Shown: piece after piece, positions 59,653-64,000 of the stretch
Numbering within the stretch: the first letter of the stretch is position 1
Layout of the letters: every line of letters begins with the position of its first letter
NCBI GenBank assembly: GCA_002104905.1
Contig: MCFE01000186.1
Span: 74,147 to 138,146, forward strand
DNA: 64,000 nucleotides
From: Basidiobolus meristosporus CBS 931.73
Taxonomy: Eukaryota > Fungi > Basidiobolomycota
Direction of reading: 5' to 3'
Made by a program: the position numbers and the translations under genes
The notes under the pieces: generated by a model
What the model saw: the letters and a program-made list of their open reading frames with translations, nothing else
Told to the model about the DNA's origin: nothing
Databases searched by the model: none

Positions 59653-60317
59653 AGGGGGGAGACAGTCACCAACAGGAGAAATCTTTTTTCAGTTGAAACA
59701 AAGAAGCTAGCACTACTGTTGTAGTCATGATACTAGAGTGCAAAGCTGAGGTGAATCAATAGGTAAGTTAATAAGGAGATATGATAGCTCTTCAGTGTAC
59801 AAGACAATGCTTAGCAAGAAGGGGGGTAGCAAGAGCGATAAGAATGATTTGAGAGCAACATCAATAGGGGGAATATGATATGAGTTGATATTCATCATAA
59901 AGTGAGTGTGCAGCTTGCAACATTGCTGCCTCAGATCTGTCAAGTACTTCAGGTAGGTCAGCTTGGGTGCCTCTGGCTGCAGAATATGATTAGCAATCTT
60001 CTTGACATCTGGATCTCCTAGTATGATTTTCCAGCAGGAGCCAGGTGCTGTGTAATAGGTGCTCTTCCAAGCCTTGATCACTGAGTTGTTGCAGCGGTGA
60101 AGTCCAAGGTACAATGTGGTTCTAAGGTAGAGTAGTCTAATTGTTCAGGTATAAGCCCAAAGGCACCAAAAATAGCATGTCTGTAGAGGCATTCAGGCAG
60201 ATGATGCACTTTGGAGGCAATGCACTAAAGTGCAAGCTTATCAAGCTTAGTGCAGTCTCCAGAAGCAGTGGACAGAAGTAGTAAGCCAAATTGCAAGACA
60301 GGGAAGAAAAACTGCTT
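59653..60317 (-). mobile_element. 5'-truncated LINE family A copy (ORF2 C-terminus plus 3' UTR), degenerate
   Basis: Aligns with 61265-61932; homology stops at actgctt (60317), where (TTAGGG)3 begins. Confidence 0.92.
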
Positions 60318-60333
60318 AGGGTTAGGGTTAGGG
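60316..60333 (+). repeat. Interstitial telomeric repeat (TTAGGG)3 at a LINE-LINE junction
   Basis: Three exact TTAGGG units followed by GG. Confidence 0.95.
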
Positions 60334-61262
60334 GGTCTAAATTCTTTTATTGAATCTGATCAAGTATAGTAATACTATTTCAACTTGATTCAAGTCAAAA
60401 AGTGCATTTTGTATAAAGATGATATATCTATAGTAATGTGAAGGTAAAATACTGCTCAAGTTGAGTTGAGTTCTGAAAAGAAGTTTGTCAACAAATCAGG
60501 CTATAAAATGAAGTAAAGCTGGGAGTTATTTGAAAGCAAAGCACTAAGGGAAGTGTAGAGCTATACTACCACTTCCTGAAAGGCAGGGATCTCACAGGAA
60601 GGCAGAAGCTCAGGTCTAATTGCAGATATGATAGCAGAAAGTCTCTGGATGAGCTCCCTTTGTTTGTGAAATTGGAACAAAGATTGGGTATCTTTGAACC
60701 CAAAGCAGCTCTCTACATGAGAGAAGTAAAAATACCTGCTGCAGTAGGGGCACTTGTAACCCAAGCAAAGTGTGTTCATTCTCCACCTTCTGGCCTGGAA
60801 GGCAAAGAAGGAACTCCTGATGTAGGGGGATATGTCTGCTCCACTATGGGAATGTCTACTCTCATGAGAAATAAGTCCAACTCTGTCTTTTGAGCTAGTA
60901 ACTCTGGAGATATTCTCCAGCTTCCTTTTATGCATTGCTACAAAGAGAGGAATATGCTCTCTAGGTGGCTTGGCACTGTTGGAGGCCAGATAATCTCTAT
61001 AACCAACAGGAAAGTGTATCTTCTTTCTCACCAATGACTTTGGGGTGGCTTGGACTAAGTTGTTAGTAATCTTATTGACTACAATCTTCAAAGGATTATT
61101 GGGTGATGCTTTTGCATAGTGCTGCCCAAATCTGATACCTAAAGTCTCAAATCTGATTGGCACAGCCTCAATACCAGTTAGACTATGTATAAGCCTCTGA
61201 TATTGCCTAGAATGGTAGTCAGAAGCATTGACTACCCAGCCAATAGCTTCTTGCTGCAGAGC
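60331..61262 (-). mobile_element. 5'-truncated LINE family B (ORF2 C-terminus with C-x2-C-x7-H-x3-C motif, and 3' UTR)
   Basis: Open frame 61262-60561 (ALQQEAIGWVVNAS...GIEAVPIRFETL...CPYCSRYFYFSHVESC); AATAAA at 60346-60351, then a C5 run and (CCCTAA)n. Assignment as a LINE is inferred from the motif and context; the RT core is absent. Confidence 0.7.
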
Positions 61263-64000
61263 TTAGGGGGGGAGACAGTCACCAACAGGTGAAATCTTTA
61301 TTTCAGTTGAAACAAAGAAGCCAGCGCTACTGTTGTAGCTTTGATACAAGAGTGTGTAGCTGAGGGGAATTTGTAGGTAAGTTAATAAGAAGTGATGATA
61401 GCTCTTCAGTGCTCAAGACACTGTTCAGTGGGAAGGGGGGTAGCAAGAGAGGTAAGAATGACTTGTGAACAACATTAATGAGGGGAATGTGATAAGGATT
61501 GATATTCATCATAAAGGGAGTGTGCTGCTGCAGATATTGCTGCCAAAGGTCTGTCAAGTACTTCAGGTAGGCAAGCTTGGGTTTTTCTGACTGCAGAATA
61601 TAGTGAGCAAACTTCTTGACTTCAGGATCTCCAAGTATAGTTCTCCAGCAGGAGCCAGGTGTTGTGTGGTGTGTTCTCTTCCAAGCCTTAATCAGTGGGT
61701 TGTTGCAGTTGTGAAGTCTGAGGTATAATCTGGTTCTAAGGTAGAGAAGTCTGATCTTATAGGGCATAAACCCAAAAGCACCAAGAATAGCATGTCTGTA
61801 GGGGCATTCAGGCAAATGAGGCACCAAGGAGGTAATGCACCATACTGCAAACTTGTCAAGCTTAGTGCAGTCTCTAGAAGTAAGAGAGAGAAGTGGTAAG
61901 CCAAATTCCAGGACAGGGAAGACAAACTGCTTGAGTAGAAGGAGGCAGCTGGGAGCTGAAGTTGTAGGAGGAGTAACAGCCAGTAGCTTGTGGAGTGCCT
62001 GTCTTGCCAGGATAATTCTCTTCTTCAGGTGTGCTCCAGAGTCTAGTCCAGTAGGAAGGAAAGGAAAGCCAAGATATGTAGCAGAAACCTGAGCAGGTAG
62101 AGTGGAGTTCTCCAAGTTGATGGGAGAGCCCAAAGGTACTGTCTTTGCAATGGAAAGCTGGAGATTATTCTTCTGCAGATACTGGTGGATGGTCTGGGAG
62201 TCTTGTTGCACATTGGAGGAGGATATTCTGATGTCATCAGCAAAGAGAGTAACCAGGCAGTCAGCTGAGAGTCTTGGGAAATCATTCAGGAAGATGGCAA
62301 ACAGTATAGGACCAAGCACAGAGCCTTGAACCACTCCATTAGGAACTGAGAACACAGCTGATTGCTCACTTGGGTGCAGAATTCTTGCTTGTGGATCCAG
62401 AAACAGAGACCTGACAAGGAGGGTGAGAGAGGCACTGGAGAAGCATTGCAACTTGGACCAAAGCAGATTTCTGTCAACTGAATCAAAGGCCTTAGTAATA
62501 TCAAACAGAACAGAGGGATACTTGCACTGGAGAGAGTGATCTTGGCTAAGTATGACTGCATATTCCAAGGAGAGGCCAGGAACAAAGCCAAACTGTGCAG
62601 GATGAAACTTGAGAGAGTCAGAGTAGAGCTCCTGAGCAAGCAGAAGCTCAAACACCTTTCTGCAGGTGGGCAGCAGAGATATTGGCCTGTAGGAGCTAGG
62701 ATCCAGGTGCTTTCCTTTACCCTTGTACAGTGGCAGAACATTTGCAAAGGACCATTCCTCAGGAGTAGAAAGCTGGGCTGAGCATTGCTGAAACAGTGGA
62801 AGCAGAAGTGCAGACATGGCCTTGGTACTAGTCTTCAGAAGCTCATAGGAGATTGTGTCCACACCTGGAGCAGTAGAGTTGGGAAGCCTCTTGAGCACAT
62901 TATGGATTCTCCTTTGATCAAGTGCAAGTGGGATGGGCAGAGTCTTGAAGTCAGGATGAAAGCCAGGAGTTGAGTACTGCTTTGTAGAGAAGAAGATGTT
63001 AGCCAGCTGTTCTGTTGAAGGTAACTTCCTGGAAGAGGGCCTCATTGCCCTGTAGAGTCTTGATACTGTTCTTGTTATAGAGTTGGAAGATTGCAGAGGC
63101 AAGGAACTCATAATATGATCCCAGAGCTGAGTATGCAGAGTGTGGTGAATTGCCTTGGAGTGGTGTATTGCTGTCAGGAGGAGGTTCTCTGTTTTTGGGT
63201 TAGGGAAGCTCAGGTAGCTTTGTTGCAGGGCTGAAACAATGGATTCCCATTTTCTTGAGGTAACAGCAGTAGTCTTGCATGGCAGTGAGAGGGAGGCAGA
63301 CACCAGAATCAGATGCTTCACAAAGAGCCAGGCAAAGTTGAGATCATCTGGCAGAGAAAGTAGCAAACTGGCAAGCTTCAAGTAGTTCCCAAAGTCTTTC
63401 TTCTGATTCTTGGTAGCTTTGTGGGTGAGCACAGTAAGTTTTGGCAGCTTCTTCTTCACAACTGGTTGCATAGAAAGGGACCAGGCTGGGTGGTCAGAGG
63501 CTCTCAAGGATCCTAGCTCAGCTCCAGAGAATTGCTTAACTTCATTCACAAAGTAGAGGGCAGCAGCAGAAGGGCAGATCCAGTCAACACATCTTTTCTC
63601 AGATTGAACACCTAGTGCTAGCAGGTGGCTTTCTCTCAGGAAGTTCAGTAGGAATGTAGACCTTGGCTTCATTCTTGCAGTCAGAGTAGTCTTGTTCTCA
63701 GGATGGGGAATGTTGAGATCTCCAAGCAAGATAACAGGTGTTGATATAGATTGTTGGTATTGCTGAACCTTCTGGCATATAACTTGCACTTCCTGAAGGG
63801 CTAGACTTGGAGGCAGATAGCAGAGCACCAGACTGATAGTTGGCAACTGGAGAGCAGCACAGTAAGGGGAGTAAAGAGGAACACAGAGCTGAGGAGTATT
63901 GATGGTAGAAGAGATGAAGCAGATAGAGGAGGTATTCTTTGTTCTAGGAGTAGAAAAGCAATATAGATTAGTCAAAAGTATAGAGGGTAGCTGGACATCA
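61263..64000 (-). mobile_element. LINE family A, long copy extending past the right edge
   Basis: 3' UTR with AATAAA (61297-61302) ending in C7-TAA; ORF2 open to the window edge. Confidence 0.95.
61327..64000 (-). CDS. LINE ORF2: APE-type endonuclease plus reverse transcriptase, no RNase H (5' end outside the window)
   Basis: CYLPP, LLGDLN, VDWI, SDH; APGVDTI, YRPISLLP..RKVFE, QFGF, FDITKAFDSV, QGSVLGPILF, LFADDI, YLGF. The frame stays open upstream of the track's TTG start to the edge. Confidence 0.95.
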   Translation of the reverse strand, partial: DVQLPSILLTNLYCFSTPRTKNTSSICFISSTINTPQLCVPLYSPYCAALQLPTISLVLCYLPPSLALQEVQVICQKVQQYQQSISTPVILLGDLNIPHPENKTTLTARMKPRSTFLLNFLRESHLLALGVQSEKRCVDWICPSAAALYFVNEVKQFSGAELGSLRASDHPAWSLSMQPVVKKKLPKLTVLTHKATKNQKKDFGNYLKLASLLLSLPDDLNFAWLFVKHLILVSASLSLPCKTTAVTSRKWESIVSALQQSYLSFPNPKTENLLLTAIHHSKAIHHTLHTQLWDHIMSSLPLQSSNSITRTVSRLYRAMRPSSRKLPSTEQLANIFFSTKQYSTPGFHPDFKTLPIPLALDQRRIHNVLKRLPNSTAPGVDTISYELLKTSTKAMSALLLPLFQQCSAQLSTPEEWSFANVLPLYKGKGKHLDPSSYRPISLLPTCRKVFELLLAQELYSDSLKFHPAQFGFVPGLSLEYAVILSQDHSLQCKYPSVLFDITKAFDSVDRNLLWSKLQCFSSASLTLLVRSLFLDPQARILHPSEQSAVFSVPNGVVQGSVLGPILFAIFLNDFPRLSADCLVTLFADDIRISSSNVQQDSQTIHQYLQKNNLQLSIAKTVPLGSPINLENSTLPAQVSATYLGFPFLPTGLDSGAHLKKRIILARQALHKLLAVTPPTTSAPSCLLLLKQFVFPVLEFGLPLLSLTSRDCTKLDKFAVWCITSLVPHLPECPYRHAILGAFGFMPYKIRLLYLRTRLYLRLHNCNNPLIKAWKRTHHTTPGSCWRTILGDPEVKKFAHYILQSEKPKLAYLKYLTDLWQQYLQQHTPFMMNINPYHIPLINVVHKSFLPLLLPPFPLNSVLSTEELSSLLINLPTNSPQLHTLVSKLQQ

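Noticed and set aside
63197-63205. GGGTTAGGG inside LINE ORF2
   Set aside because: It encodes FPNP in frame with no junction; not counted as telomeric evidence.
1-64000. tRNA, rRNA or CRISPR loci
   Set aside because: No cloverleaf-compatible T-loop contexts, rRNA signatures or repeat-spacer arrays seen by eye; tRNAscan-SE or Infernal would be needed to exclude them formally.

Overview
Eukaryotic genomic DNA, most likely from an early-diverging fungus. This is inference from the 54-63 bp GT-AG introns, a WNK kinase and the fungal-type GT8, CreA-like and homeobox genes. The window has three compartments. (1) 1-~23,450 is a nearly CpG-free transposon graveyard: nested Ty3/Gypsy LTR elements (one full length with TSD, PBS and PPT), Copia relics, solo LTRs, a 736-bp foldback element, and three copies of a CACTA/En-Spm (tnp2-type) transposase, one beside a divergent ORF split by the Gypsy insertion. 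(2) ~23,500-57,700 is CpG-normal host sequence: an AlkB-fold protein with QxD in place of HxD, an 8-exon WNK kinase, two CreA/Mig1-like C2H2 paralogues, a GT8 glycosyltransferase, a 1062-aa repeat protein, a homeobox factor, two small hydrophilic proteins and a piggyBac-like relic. (3) ~57,800-64,000 is again CpG-poor and ends in a head-to-tail stack of same-strand LINE 3' ends. Strongest leads: the LINE 3' ends are oligo-C runs joined to telomeric TTAGGG or a variant, in the geometry of G-strand-primed terminal transposition; the LINE ORF2 is open for more than 2.6 kb with no CpG found; and three otherwise dissimilar disordered proteins share an HPHL(S/T)A(I/L)K(E/D)x(V/I)K motif plus TATA and CRE-like promoter sites. 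Everything was read by eye with no database searches; approximate boundaries are marked as such.
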